Origin: a virus
DNA: 64,000 nt
Virus record (IMG/VR): IMGVR_UViG_3300007106_000008
Coordinates: 1 to 64,000 of that record
Strand: one strand, 5' to 3'
Shown here: piece by piece, positions 20,901 to 28,514 of the stretch
Layout: the number at the start of each line of letters is the position of its first letter
How positions within the stretch are numbered: position 1 is the first letter of the stretch
Translations under genes and position numbers: made by a program
The notes under the pieces: model-generated
Seen by the model: the letters and a program-made list of their open reading frames with translations, nothing else
Told to the model about the DNA's origin: nothing
Database searches by the model: none

Positions 20901-23900
20901 ACGTAACATTGCTCTGGGTGTAGATATTCGACATAAAGTAATGAACCAAGTGCAAACAACTGTTGACCAGATGGCTGCTGCTGGCTCTCCTTACGTTAAC
21001 AATGGTCAGATATCCCTTGAGGGTATGACTATTGACCAGCAAGTTGCTAAGTTAAATGAACTGTTCGATGCTGAACTAGAATCACGCAAGACTAAACAAG
21101 CTTCTGAATCTACTCAGGAGCCAGTGAATACCGGCTTTGATAATGTAGGTCGCTCACTTAAGTCTGGTGTCCGTGTTCTGTCTCAAACAGCAATTACTAA
21201 ACTGGCTAAAGAAAGTAACCTCCCAGTTGAGCAAGCTGCTGTCCTTAATGAGATACAGAAATCACTTGCAGCCAAAGACTACAAAGTAATATACGGGGAT
21301 ATCAATCAGGTTGACCAATATGCTCAAGATAAAAACTTAGAGCGTCCGGCACCAGAAGATGTTCAGGCTGCAAATGAGGGCAATGTTTATGGATGGACTA
21401 ACTTCAATGACAAAACCATTTATCTAGTTAACCCATCAATGGAAACACTGATTCATGAACTAGTTCATGCTTCTACATTTGAGACAGTACTTTCCCACTA
21501 CCAAGGTGAGACCACTGATGCTTCATCTTCTATTCAGAATATTGAAAGTCTGATGGAGCAATTCCGTAATCTGGATGTTTCTAAAGAAACTCCTGAGATG
21601 CGTGAAGCTTATGCAGATGCACTGGATACAATTAATGGTCACCTGTCCAATGGCTTTATTGAGCCAGCAATGTCTAAATCTGCTGCATTGAATGAATTCA
21701 TGGCTTGGGGTCTGACCAACCGTGAACTGATTAAAAAGCAAAAGAAAACTACCTCTCTTACTCAGATGGCTAAAAATGTGTATGAGGCTGTTAAAAGATT
21801 AATCTTCGGTCGTAAACGTGCCCCAGCAAACGGGGAGGATATGTTCTCTAACTTACTGTTTAACTCTTCAGTAGTTATGCGTACACAACCACCAGTTGCT
21901 CCTGTAGCTAAAGATTCAACATTATTCCATAGCAAAGCTTATGGTGATAATGAACGTCTTACTGAGCTTGGTAAAACCTTTGACCGTTTGATTACGGATT
22001 ATTTGAGTAATACCCCAATAGAACAGAACGTTCGTAAAGGTAAATTCTCTGATGCAGTAGTGAATGCAGTTAAGGTTACTCGCGATGTGCAAGCACATGG
22101 TTTTACTATGAATATGCAAGAACAACGTTTGTTCACTAATGTAGTTGCTGCATTGGCTACAGAAACTGCTATTCATCCGGGTGCTATAACTCGTGCTCAA
22201 GATTATTACACCCATGTTACTAAGAATCTTAAAGTAGAAGATTTCATGACAGACCCGGATAGCACTAACCCTGCTGACCGTTATTATGCACAACAAAAAT
22301 TCAATACTATTACTGGCTCAAATAATATTGAATATGATGCCCAAGGTCGTTCATCTCTACTACCAACTTTCTTGGGCTTATCTATGGTTGATGAACAATT
22401 CCGTAGTATCTTGGCTAATATGCCAGTCATGAAGGTTGATAAGAAATCTGGTAATACTGTGGATGCTATACTCACTAATATAGGTACTTCTGCAATGGCT
22501 AGCCTTAATTCTCGTGTGGCTGGTGATAATAAAGCAACCAATGTTCAGGAAGGTTTAGATGCATTGTCACAAACATTGATGGAATCCAGTCTTAAGGCTC
22601 AATCCTTCTATGACTCAGTAGCTAACCCAACTGGTTCTGTTATTGACCGTGCTAACCAGTACATCGTGGATGGAATTGATAAACTGTCTGATGAGATATT
22701 AGATAAGTCCCGTACTGTTGCACAGAACACTAAGAACCCACTCGTTAAGGCAACTGCTCATGCTGCTCAACTAGTTGCTGCTGTAGCTACTGAAAAGAAT
22801 GGGGAGAAAGTTTCACAGGGCGTTATGGCTGCAATGAACCAAGGTAAAGCATGGCAACCGTTCCATGACCTTATCAATGACATCGTTGGCCGTACTAAAA
22901 GCAATGCCTCTATTTATGATATGATTAAGGCTGTTCGCTCCCAAGTGCAAGCTGACCGTCAACAATTCCGTGAGCATTTACCTACAACTATTGCATCTAA
23001 ATTCACCCGTAAACTTAGTGATTCTGAGTGGAAGGCTATGCATACCGGTATGGGTAAAACTGATATTGCTGCTCTCAGGGATACTATGAGTAATGCAGAA
23101 ATCCGTGACTTACTTTCTTCTCAGAAGAATGTTGACCGTGAGGTTAATAACCTAGAGTCTGCACTGTCTGGTCAAGCTGGCCGTAACTGGCCATTAATTC
23201 AGCGTAAGTCTAAGCAACTGGCTCAGTACATGATTAACGGTACTGTGGGTAATAATTTACTTCGTAATGCAGAAGCAATTTCTAAGTTATTAGGTGAGCG
23301 TACTAACGTTAAAGCTACTGTTGATGTTGCTCAGTTAGATAAGCTTATTACCCTGTACTCTTTGGAAGCAATGAGTAAATCAGACCGTGATATATTATCT
23401 GACCTGGCTCAAAATGAGACGGTTGGTATGGACTTCTCTACTTCCTACTTAGTAGGTCAGCGTGTGGAAGAACAACGTAAAGCACAGAATGATGACCGTG
23501 CTCGTATCAATCATTATAAGGGTGCTATCCCAACTGACACTAAGCAAGGTGTAAGCTTAATTGTGGCAGATGATAGTAACTTCTCTGACTTATTGGCTAA
23601 GTCCTTTACCCGTATTGCAGGCTATCAAGGAAGCTCTGCTGAACGTGGACGTAGTCGTGGTTACTACTTTAGCCCGGTGGCTCCTCGTGCTCCATACTCC
23701 CAGGGTATTCTACAAAACGTTCGTAACACTGCTGGTGGTGTAGACGTGGGTACTGGCTTTACTATGGGAACTATGGTTGCAGGTCGTATTACAGATAAAC
23801 CTTCAGTAGACCGTATCACTAAAGCACTAGCTAAAGGTGAGAGTGGTAATGAACCACTAATGCCAATCTATGATACTGTGGGTCGTGTTGTTGCTTATGA

Positions 23901-25266
23901 ACAATCCATTGACCCTAATATGCTTACCCATATTGCTGGTTCAGATAACCTTGCTCGTGCAATAGGTGTATGGCGTGGTCGTCAAGTTGAAGAGGCTAAG
24001 GCTCAGAAATTCAATGATGCTTTAATTGAAAACTTGCATGACATGTACCAGAAAGACATTGCTGAATCTGCTTCTAATAAGAGCCAGTATGTGAATCTAC
24101 TTGGTTCCAAACTTGACCCTGTTACTGCTGATGCACTTCGTCTTATGAATGCAGAGACTCGTCAGAAAGCTGAAACACTCTTTGGTGATGATGAGTTTTG
24201 GGTACGCCGTGACATGCTTAATGATGCTCTAGGTTATCGTGCAGCTTCTGTTGGTGATGTTTGGACAGGTAACAGTCGTTGGTCACCTGAGACTTTAGAT
24301 ACCTTCAAGAAAGCCATGGTGGGTGTGTTTGGTAATAAGGCATACAAATACCTTCTGACTGGTGAGAATGGACTTCAGAACTTGGTTAAGGAAGCCAAAA
24401 CCTTAATAGTGGTTAAATCTGTTATTGTACCCGCTGTTAACTTCACAGCTAACCTATACCAAATGGTTGCTCGTGGTGTGCCAGTAAAAGACATTGCTAA
24501 GGGGATTCCACATAAAACTTCTGAGTTGAACCAATACCTTAAGACTCGTTTGCGTCAGGTTGATGCAGAGGCTGAATTACGTGCTTCTGAAAATCCTAAT
24601 CAGTCTCGTAAACTTAAGGCTGAAATTCAGTCTATTACTGACAGTCATAAGCGTTTAAGCATATGGCCATTACTGCAAGCAGGCGAGTTCACCTCTATTG
24701 CTGATGCAGGAATTGGTCGTGATGACCTGCTTATCTCTCAAGGAAAAATCTATGAGTATATGGAGAAGTTAACAGATAAACTTCCACGGTCTGTTCGTAA
24801 TGCAGGGCGTTACGCACTGATTACCAAAGATACTGCACTTTTCCAAGGTATTCAGAAGACTGTTGAGTACTCTGACTTTATTGCTAAAGCAATCATCTAT
24901 GATGAATTGACTAAGCGTAAAGGACAGACTAATGAACAAGCTTTAGGTAGAGTTACAGAAGAGTTTGTTAACTATGACCGTCTTCCAGGTCGTTTCCGTG
25001 GGTATATGGAAAGTATGGGTCTGATGTGGTTCTACAACTTTAAAATCCGTTCTGTTAAAGTTGCCATGTCCATGATTCGTAATAATCCAGTACACTCAGT
25101 ATTAGCTGTAATGGCACCAACTCCTACCATGTTTGGTAATGTAGGTCTGCCATTACAAGATAACCTGTTAGCAGTAGGTGCTGATGGTAGACTTAGTTAC
25201 TCCTTTGGCTTCGGTCAGGGCTTACGTGCCCATAACCTTAATCCTTGGATGAACTTAGTTAACTAA
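14935..25266 (+). CDS. Virion-encapsidated RNA polymerase (vRNAP, N4 gp50-like)
   Basis: About 3,440 aa giant ORF. The central region carries T7-like RNAP motifs: TxxGR (MTRVGRM, nt 19048-19068), motif A (YVEADGVTNG, D at 19468), motif B (RGIAKNPLTITIYGAG, 19789-19836) and motif C (IFDGMN, 20641). The ATG at 14935 has SD aggaaa upstream, so I prefer it to the TTG at 14917 used by the ORF track. Confidence 0.95.
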   Translation: MSTFDRLAGFADSITNAKQVDVSTATAQKQSTEEQAPSSLTPDSAYNLQAGRVGNLGIGAFDPSSIQADFTNASPTELISKYGPQQGLGIINTRANAADAVRRDLSMERTPARAISDSLTGVGLGVTNTLGGIAALGAGLINDNAGASIASGLDSFNEAVHNTQSDALNAARKVVSNQNQISGLVNKNKYDQDIKNGDSNLVASLSRIGRDAYDSVANTLSTGMAATDGLSEGVGSLFTGSPLIRGVASLGRAMIGGEAAVKGISLAAELGSRPAQVTRALGKLAPGAIAIGGMEAGGAYQQTASDIMKMPFTELSAKSPTYQQHIKDGLSPEEARRQTASETGIIAAGITAPVAAATGPLVSKFEMNPLKVGSLAGAGSNLLRETVEEGIQSGTGQAAQNYAMRQNVDKNQDLLKGVGEQTGLGALYGFGAAGVAQAPGAAIRGASNAASPIMRTTMAGINAISGAASKVASPIIDPLVRRGEEIIKQNEEASPVADATVAQAAQEATAKSQEAQATMSEAVDAMNISPEEKAAAHQYANDLVNATRFNPEDFSSASSAIQDAVAGSTDKVSAIQKLADVVNTTEDPNHAMEAAVNMYDSVMQMEDFVNRDPAALNNLPKDSSANAVLDQYSGLMANIQNTPKVLRAFRAIHSMIQEQAEKGNLNVTEDSVDQNQANNVAMAADLSPESLTPESVNMTLKHASEGKITLNNRQRAALQSAAAVLQGAREFDNEAQRLGLRPQDIVSKQIKTDESRSNEGQYSALQHAQRIRSAYNSGNLNLASAYLNDFMQFAQHMQNKVGALNEHLLSGNADKNKSVHYESLTPSREWVRSRSGLGVNPYDTKSVKFAQQVGLEAKTVADIANALATAYPELNVSHVNITSLDSRLNNPAAQVVKEFRQGSLDAAPTQQKTEPVNQVKETPVIQEATPTVPSKAETVVDNTAPVGKPSVRTEEVTTTKSEKAEPVIEPKTGIEASYPVYNSEKSPNQFVKSFSLPEEPKSRTTGSESPLSDIGKALTSSVRFEALTQKENNALTSDVAGRYKDLMQHGEGIKEILSNRLAKFLSTKNVGKRFAEGADANRWVGGKLLNIVEQDGDSFKFNDSLLETAVLAGLQWRLTSTQNTAIKDAKDVAAITGIDQSLLPDGILETFENAQTLVEATNALSQKIESYWGLSRNPNAPLGYTKGIPMAMATEILSAFIESGDVIESMLDVSEIDPSSNKTVGLYTITKLGDADPINKFPTAIEEAVLVEPVEKVYFGNDVPSVAQTQLRNPAVKNTPEQKAALKAEQATEFRVHEPMVNFYEAMGRDNILKLMGAGTLNPELLNINTAKSLEGKNLSVSMAYDSLFGLVDQIKAQESGLETPIHYGYNMTRVGRMQMLGKNNPQSSKLVREAILPTFSTIDLSNENSQTFSDFQVGLAQALGIKVHNMSREVMSEKLTSALEGKLKPAVDMMIDFDKTSYLPENSVDILNNALGGDKSFVALMALMEYARYQNAEDKSKFNTPLYVEADGVTNGPINAMVLMTGGKFTSDWVRNTAKGGLFFGAPGKTMNEHRSVDDSVDLYETSTNGLKSALTSLRNTYASNPAVNTQMNHLSSLMDLFIPDYNINSEGNLELKRGIAKNPLTITIYGAGARGIAGKMVSAITDTIYQRFSDVLQAQAENPSISPAMAMFGKQASSEVDADAMFSRFVDNMKALTGTIPTTRKGQIVLEKTGSIISGKIDPQKFTIKGDQLKALQENMLHFFVEPMREGILNTVGSNLMHSTEQLQKATQIQSLVLQDMFQQAVQEKLAEKAKDPEWKKGDFLTQKELNDIQASLSDLAPMIETGSQNFYIAGSENTDVANQVLATNLDDRMRVPMSIYAPSQAGVAGIPFMTIGTGDGMMMQTLSTMKGAPKNTLKIFDGMNIGINDIADASRKANEAVYTSWQGNPVKNVYDSYSKFMKNVDFSKLSKETQEAIAKSALEFDQREGATPDTIHVAAAGIERNLRNIALGVDIRHKVMNQVQTTVDQMAAAGSPYVNNGQISLEGMTIDQQVAKLNELFDAELESRKTKQASESTQEPVNTGFDNVGRSLKSGVRVLSQTAITKLAKESNLPVEQAAVLNEIQKSLAAKDYKVIYGDINQVDQYAQDKNLERPAPEDVQAANEGNVYGWTNFNDKTIYLVNPSMETLIHELVHASTFETVLSHYQGETTDASSSIQNIESLMEQFRNLDVSKETPEMREAYADALDTINGHLSNGFIEPAMSKSAALNEFMAWGLTNRELIKKQKKTTSLTQMAKNVYEAVKRLIFGRKRAPANGEDMFSNLLFNSSVVMRTQPPVAPVAKDSTLFHSKAYGDNERLTELGKTFDRLITDYLSNTPIEQNVRKGKFSDAVVNAVKVTRDVQAHGFTMNMQEQRLFTNVVAALATETAIHPGAITRAQDYYTHVTKNLKVEDFMTDPDSTNPADRYYAQQKFNTITGSNNIEYDAQGRSSLLPTFLGLSMVDEQFRSILANMPVMKVDKKSGNTVDAILTNIGTSAMASLNSRVAGDNKATNVQEGLDALSQTLMESSLKAQSFYDSVANPTGSVIDRANQYIVDGIDKLSDEILDKSRTVAQNTKNPLVKATAHAAQLVAAVATEKNGEKVSQGVMAAMNQGKAWQPFHDLINDIVGRTKSNASIYDMIKAVRSQVQADRQQFREHLPTTIASKFTRKLSDSEWKAMHTGMGKTDIAALRDTMSNAEIRDLLSSQKNVDREVNNLESALSGQAGRNWPLIQRKSKQLAQYMINGTVGNNLLRNAEAISKLLGERTNVKATVDVAQLDKLITLYSLEAMSKSDRDILSDLAQNETVGMDFSTSYLVGQRVEEQRKAQNDDRARINHYKGAIPTDTKQGVSLIVADDSNFSDLLAKSFTRIAGYQGSSAERGRSRGYYFSPVAPRAPYSQGILQNVRNTAGGVDVGTGFTMGTMVAGRITDKPSVDRITKALAKGESGNEPLMPIYDTVGRVVAYEQSIDPNMLTHIAGSDNLARAIGVWRGRQVEEAKAQKFNDALIENLHDMYQKDIAESASNKSQYVNLLGSKLDPVTADALRLMNAETRQKAETLFGDDEFWVRRDMLNDALGYRAASVGDVWTGNSRWSPETLDTFKKAMVGVFGNKAYKYLLTGENGLQNLVKEAKTLIVVKSVIVPAVNFTANLYQMVARGVPVKDIAKGIPHKTSELNQYLKTRLRQVDAEAELRASENPNQSRKLKAEIQSITDSHKRLSIWPLLQAGEFTSIADAGIGRDDLLISQGKIYEYMEKLTDKLPRSVRNAGRYALITKDTALFQGIQKTVEYSDFIAKAIIYDELTKRKGQTNEQALGRVTEEFVNYDRLPGRFRGYMESMGLMWFYNFKIRSVKVAMSMIRNNPVHSVLAVMAPTPTMFGNVGLPLQDNLLAVGADGRLSYSFGFGQGLRAHNLNPWMNLVN

Positions 25267-25272
25267 TAAATT

Positions 25273-25306
25273 AAAAAAGCCCCTCAACAAGAGGGGCTTT
25301 TATTTA
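25273..25306. terminator. Bidirectional terminator between convergent vRNAP and gp49-like genes
   Basis: aaaaaa-agcccctc-aacaa-gaggggct-tttatttat, with an A-tract on one side and a T-tract on the other. Confidence 0.8.
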
Positions 25307-25307
25307 T

Positions 25308-25664
25308 CTAAATTTTACAACCTTCACAGTCATCCTCACTCAAGGATGCTATTAAATCTGCTGCTTCAGCTTGTTCTGCCATAGCGTTAGCTAAGACATA
25401 ACCCTCCAATCCCCAGATTTTATCAACAGCGTTTTCGTATGCTATGCTTTGCCCAATAGATTCATCATAGTTATTGGGGTCAACACATGCCGAATGACCT
25501 ACAATAACGAATCCATTTTCTAGTACAAGTACGCACTTGGTAACCAAGGACATACGAATTTTATCGGAATCCACAACACTACATACATTAGATACAGCAT
25601 CACCTAGATTAAAGAAGTACTTGCTCTTTATACGTGATTCGATTAACTCTTTAGTTACTTGCAT
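25308..25664 (-). CDS. N4 gp49 / Sf6 gp66 family protein
   Basis: 118 aa. The core TKCVLVLENGFVIVGHSACVDPNNYDESIGQSIAYENAVDKIW matches my recollection of the Phage_gp49_66 family. Position next to vRNAP as in N4. Confidence 0.7.
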   Translation of the reverse strand: MQVTKELIESRIKSKYFFNLGDAVSNVCSVVDSDKIRMSLVTKCVLVLENGFVIVGHSACVDPNNYDESIGQSIAYENAVDKIWGLEGYVLANAMAEQAEAADLIASLSEDDCEGCKI

Positions 25665-25719
25665 TTATTTCTCCACTTTTTTCTAAAATTACTAAACTAT
25701 TAATGACTTACACGGGTAA

Positions 25720-25869
25720 TTATTTTGGATGTTTTTCTTTTCTACACCTCCTTTGCCTACACCTGGGCTTGCATAATAGTTGGTCTACTCTAATTTTTAC
25801 AAACCATTCACCACACTCTGGGCATTTATACAAAAGTGTTCCACAGCATTCACAATAACGCCTATCCAT
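25720..25869 (-). CDS. Small zinc-ribbon protein (49 aa, not in ORF track)
   Basis: My translation is MDRRYCECCGTLLYKCPECGEWFVKIRVDQLLCKPRCRQRRCRKEKHPK. It has two CxxC pairs and a basic tail, with aaggt 7 nt upstream of the ATG. Directly upstream of the gp49-like gene. Confidence 0.45.
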   Translation of the reverse strand: MDRRYCECCGTLLYKCPECGEWFVKIRVDQLLCKPRCRQRRCRKEKHPK

Positions 25870-25959
25870 AACATGTACCTTAAGGTATATCGTAGACCAT
25901 AAAAATATATCAGACTATTTGTGCGAACAATTGGTTCGCTCAACAAAAAGGTAAATACT

Positions 25960-26739
25960 ATGGCGGATATGACCCTACTCCCTACTGGTGGTTTTGGTGG
26001 TGAAGCTGGAGCTGCTGGTATAGGTGGTTTAGTTGGTGGTGGCCTAGGTGCTCTTCTAGGTCGTGGACTGGGCGGATTTGGTGGTTGGGGTGGAAGCCCT
26101 ACTGTAGTTGCTGGTAGTTCTGGTGCAGATGCTGCAATCTCTATTGCAGGTACTGCTGCTGGTATGCTTACTACAGCTCTGGTATCTGATATTGATACCA
26201 TTCAGACTAGTATTAATAACCTTGGTCTTAATGTAGTACAGGGGCAAGGCAATACTAACCTAGCTATTGCAAATGCTTCTGCAAATAACAATAGCACCAC
26301 TTGGGCTGCTAATAACCAAACTTTAAATATGGTTACTCAGCAAAATCAACAGAATCTGCTTACTGGTGTTCAAGGTTTTGCTGGTCTTAATAACTCTATC
26401 CTTCAAACTAGTAATGCTACTATTAATGCTATTGGTGCGGCAGACCGTGCTGCGGCAGAACGCAATTTCCAAGCTCAGTTAGCTGCTGAACGATGCTGCT
26501 GTGAAACTAACTTAAACATTGAACGACAATCCAATCAGACTCGTGATTTGATGAGACAACAATTTGCTGACTCCCAGGCTGTACTAATTTGTGACATGAA
26601 GAATCAGATTGCTCAACAGAATCTACTTCTGTCTCAAGCAGCACAGACTGCTCAATTGAATTGTAAGATTAATCAAGTAGAGCAATTGGTTAACTTTAAA
26701 ATTCCTACTCCACCAACACCACCTACTGGTTGCTGCTAA
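25960..26739 (+). CDS. Glycine-zipper / Gln-Asn-rich protein ending in PTPPTPPTGCC (unknown function)
   Basis: I prefer the ATG at 25960 (MADMTLLPTGG...) to the GTG at 25921. The N-terminal 45 aa are almost pure Gly/Ala/Leu (GIGGLVGGGLGALLGRGLGGFGGWGG). A QN-rich low-complexity middle follows, then a CCC triplet and a C-terminal CC. Confidence 0.6.
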   Translation: MADMTLLPTGGFGGEAGAAGIGGLVGGGLGALLGRGLGGFGGWGGSPTVVAGSSGADAAISIAGTAAGMLTTALVSDIDTIQTSINNLGLNVVQGQGNTNLAIANASANNNSTTWAANNQTLNMVTQQNQQNLLTGVQGFAGLNNSILQTSNATINAIGAADRAAAERNFQAQLAAERCCCETNLNIERQSNQTRDLMRQQFADSQAVLICDMKNQIAQQNLLLSQAAQTAQLNCKINQVEQLVNFKIPTPPTPPTGCC

Positions 26740-26751
26740 TAGGAGGTTTCT

Positions 26752-27069
26752 ATGAAGCTTTTTATTCGCAAAGATGTGGATGATGGGGAAGATGAATCTG
26801 GTGGTGTAGTTCACCATCATGTGCATCACCATCACTATAAAGATAGCCACTCAGATAAGCATCCTCAATTAGTGGACGTCTCTGAACGACTAGAATACCA
26901 TCCTCAAACCTGGGTTAATCATCTTGGTTCTAGAGAAGGTGCTTTAAAAATTGTTCAGTTGGAGATGAATGAATTGTTAGATGCAATTCAAACCAACTCT
27001 GAGGAGCATATTTGCAAGGAGCTTACTGATTTATCAGCCGCTTGTATTTATGCTCTTAAGATGAAATAA
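26752..27069 (+). CDS. His-tract protein with MazG-like all-alpha C-terminal half (putative)
   Basis: Strong SD aggagg upstream. N-terminus has HHHVHHHHYKDSHSDKH. C-terminus LEMNELLDAIQTNSEEHICKELTDLSAACIYAL resembles the ExxE/ExxD helices of MazG-type NTP pyrophosphohydrolases. Confidence 0.55.
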   Translation: MKLFIRKDVDDGEDESGGVVHHHVHHHHYKDSHSDKHPQLVDVSERLEYHPQTWVNHLGSREGALKIVQLEMNELLDAIQTNSEEHICKELTDLSAACIYALKMK

Positions 27070-27082
27070 GGACTAAGCCGAT

Positions 27083-27577
27083 ATGCAAAATACTATGGTA
27101 AGTGCTGGCGTAACCCAGTTTAGTGGTATGAACCCCAAAGCATTAATTAATATTGGTGGTCTTGACTGGAAATTACGTAAAGATGCTACCGACTCTTCTA
27201 TGTCATTTCCTCACAATAGAGTTAACTGGATTAATGCTGGGTGTGAATCTCTAGGGGAAAATAAAGCCTATTTTTGTTGGATTATGGGCATTATTCCACC
27301 GAACCAAGGGACACTAGAAAAACCTATTAGTGTAATGTATGTCGGCTTTCATCCACAACGAATAGCAATAACACCAAATATGGTTACTCAAATAGATTTA
27401 GACAGGATGCATGTGTATGTAAGTGATGCTTCTGGTTTTGCACTTAATTTTGCAAATGTTTTTCTAGGACTTGATGAAGTAAAACCAGTTACAAGGGAAG
27501 CTATAAGCCCATGGCCTGAAACCACAAACAATAGGACTATAGAAGATGCCGACTCCAATACAAATACTGGCGAATAA
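27083..27577 (+). CDS. Hypothetical protein
   Basis: 164-aa ORF in the + strand cassette. No motif I recognise. Confidence 0.55.
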   Translation: MQNTMVSAGVTQFSGMNPKALINIGGLDWKLRKDATDSSMSFPHNRVNWINAGCESLGENKAYFCWIMGIIPPNQGTLEKPISVMYVGFHPQRIAITPNMVTQIDLDRMHVYVSDASGFALNFANVFLGLDEVKPVTREAISPWPETTNNRTIEDADSNTNTGE

Positions 27578-27821
27578 TTTAGCTGATAGAGCACAAGCTA
27601 TACTGGATGACCCTAACAAGTATACCCAAAAAGCTATTATGTCGTCAGCATTCAATGACTTTAAAGCATTGGGTAGTCTAACTGGTGTTATGTCTGTTAT
27701 GTCTACGGGTAGTTTAAATACCCAACAAATTGAAATAGCTAAGCGTATAGCAGCAAAGGTTATTGCTATAGTTAGTCAGTATAGAGATGTACCAAACAAT
27801 CCTGGTAATCCCCCAGAATAA
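27546..27821 (+). CDS. Hypothetical protein
   Basis: 91-aa ORF overlapping the previous gene by 32 nt. Last gene of the + strand cassette. Weak SD. Confidence 0.45.
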   Translation: MPTPIQILANNLADRAQAILDDPNKYTQKAIMSSAFNDFKALGSLTGVMSVMSTGSLNTQQIEIAKRIAAKVIAIVSQYRDVPNNPGNPPE

Positions 27822-27854
27822 ATAAAAAAGCCCCCTAAGTAACTAGGGGGCTTA
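27821..27854 (-). terminator. Terminator with U-tract only in the minus direction
   Basis: aagcccccta-agtaac-tagggggctt 10-bp stem. On the - strand it is followed by ttttttattt. On the + strand only agtactg follows. Confidence 0.75.
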
Positions 27855-28041
27855 GTACTGTTTACCCATGAGATTGATGGTATCGCTACAAGGGTAATAT
27901 TTTCAGTTTGTATTTTTAAGTGTTAACTTCACTTACATACACCTTGTCGGGGGTATGAACTTATATTAGCAGCTACTGGACTGTCTTACCAGTTATGCCT
28001 TTAGGATGCTATGCAATCAGGACTATGTTACTGCTAAATAG

Positions 28042-28119
28042 ATTTGACGGCTGGTGGTCAATGCCCAGCTTACTCAGTGATAGGTAAGTATCTTCCAGTA
28101 ACCAACTGGTTCGTCAAAT
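28042..28119 (-). other. tRNA-sized cloverleaf-like module (non-canonical; not a functional tRNA by my folding)
   Basis: - strand reading: 8-bp closing stem ATTTGACG/CGTCAAAT, D-like arm CCAG-TTGGTTA-CTGG, central arm GATA-CTTACC-TATC, 3' arm GCTGG-(10 nt)-CCAGC abutting the closing stem. Total 78 nt. No TPsiC-type loop and a 6-nt central loop. Confidence 0.3.
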
Positions 28120-28241
28120 TGGGTGAACCTAGTGGGATTCTTACCCACACTCCTACGGTTAGAATAACAACCCACATTTGAGTGTTCCGTGAAGCGATTC
28201 TTAATAATCTAGTTCATTGTTATATGGTTAATTACTAATTT

Positions 28242-28316
28242 ACCATTTAATAGTAACTCTGTTGCTTAACTATACAGTCGATACCCATTTCTGGGGCAGA
28301 GCTACTATTAAATGGT
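28242..28316 (-). repeat. 20-bp inverted repeat (long hairpin, 35-nt loop)
   Basis: accatttaatagtaActctg (28242-28261) pairs with cagagCtactattaaatggt (28297-28316). The single odd position is A.C on the + strand but G.U on the - strand. Confidence 0.7.
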
Positions 28317-28323
28317 TCCAGGG

Positions 28324-28340
28324 GAAGGAATCGAACCACC
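28324..28340 (-). other. tRNA T-arm look-alike (GGTGG-TTCGATT-CCTTC on - strand)
   Basis: Contains GGTTCGATTCC, the canonical T-loop consensus. The stem has one U.U mismatch and I found no matching acceptor 5' strand. Confidence 0.35.
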
Positions 28341-28514
28341 CAATCAGGTCATGGCTACATCAACCAAACTCATTCGGGCTTAACCTATAATCAAGAGCTA
28401 GTATCTCACAAATTGACGTCACCTAAGAGTCGATGACCTGGAAAAGTTGCCAGGCTTACACTGGCTCCCATCTGTTTTTTAAGTCACTCAGATATCGTCT
28501 GGACTTAGACCATC

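Noticed and set aside
15132-22541. Numerous 60-140 aa ORFs (both strands) inside the vRNAP gene, with similar ones inside the portal, capsid, helicase, rIIA/B and polymerase genes
   Set aside because: They are all nested in, or antisense to, long well-supported genes. They have no SDs and low-complexity translations typical of off-frame reading.
25797-26201. 134-aa Pro-rich ORF antisense to the glycine-rich gene
   Set aside because: It is a mirror artefact: GGN Gly codons read antisense as NCC Pro/Ala/Thr codons. It has no SD, and it overlaps a better-supported + strand gene.
28316-28395. Possible - strand tRNA anchored on the GGTTCGATTCC T-loop string
   Set aside because: The T stem has a U.U mismatch. 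The would-be acceptor 3' strand CCCTGGA has no complementary TCCAGGG within 100 nt. No D or anticodon arms can be drawn. I kept it only as a T-arm look-alike.
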